A DNA stretch of 64,000 bases from a virus (taxonomy: Duplodnaviria; Caudoviricetes), in the IMG/VR virus record IMGVR_UViG_2887198475_000002. The stretch is one strand, 5' to 3'. The position numbers were made by a program, and so were the translations under genes. Below the pieces are notes generated by a model. It did not search any database. It had not been told where the DNA came from and saw only the letters and a list, made by a program, of their open reading frames with translations. Below are positions 63,861 to 64,000 of the stretch, one piece after another; within the stretch, counting starts at the first letter, position 1; every line of letters starts with the position of its first letter.

Positions 63861-64000
63861 TCGTCCCTTGTGCCGTCACGACTTCCGGTAGAACGGGGAA
63901 TATCTGGGGCGGGGGGCGGGGGAGAGACGCGGCCGCCGAGTCCCGCCCCGGTAGCCGCCACCGCGCCTCCCCCCATGCCCATTCGGAAGGCCGACCACGA

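Noticed and set aside
1-64000. tRNA, rRNA, integrase, terminase, reverse transcriptase or cas genes
   Set aside because: None recognised by eye; a tRNAscan/HMM run would be needed to exclude them.

Overview
GC-rich window that looks like part of a temperate contractile-tailed phage-plasmid, probably from an alphaproteobacterial host (inference). It has SPO1/Twort-like head, neck and sheath genes scattered in several units: sheath to protease at 1-9.8 kb and portal/gp7 at 58-62 kb. It also has two giant SNF2-type helicase proteins (one DarB-like with an N6-MTase domain and an intein), a plasmid RepA with an iteron origin plus a stability-like ATPase operon, arrays of small early genes, a tnpA-less IS200/IS605 element with tnpB, a MITE, and low-GC or host-derived cargo (dual-OB/DUF488/DUF488 cassette, chemoreceptor, EAL protein, receiver protein). 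Best leads: (1) a 9-bp motif GTCGTGACG upstream of ten genes, mostly virion-related, often exactly 13 nt before ATG, suggesting an activator-dependent leaderless late promoter; (2) a TnpB whose predicted TAM plus guide start (TCAC+GAC) equals that motif and whose guide matches 12 of 15 nt at the adjacent promoter; (3) an intein with a DUF559/Vsr-like nuclease overprinted in the +1 frame; (4) a shared (L/F)xK(A/S) maturation or packaging signal on capsid proteins and at the N-termini of both helicases. All family calls come from motif recognition by eye; no searches were run.
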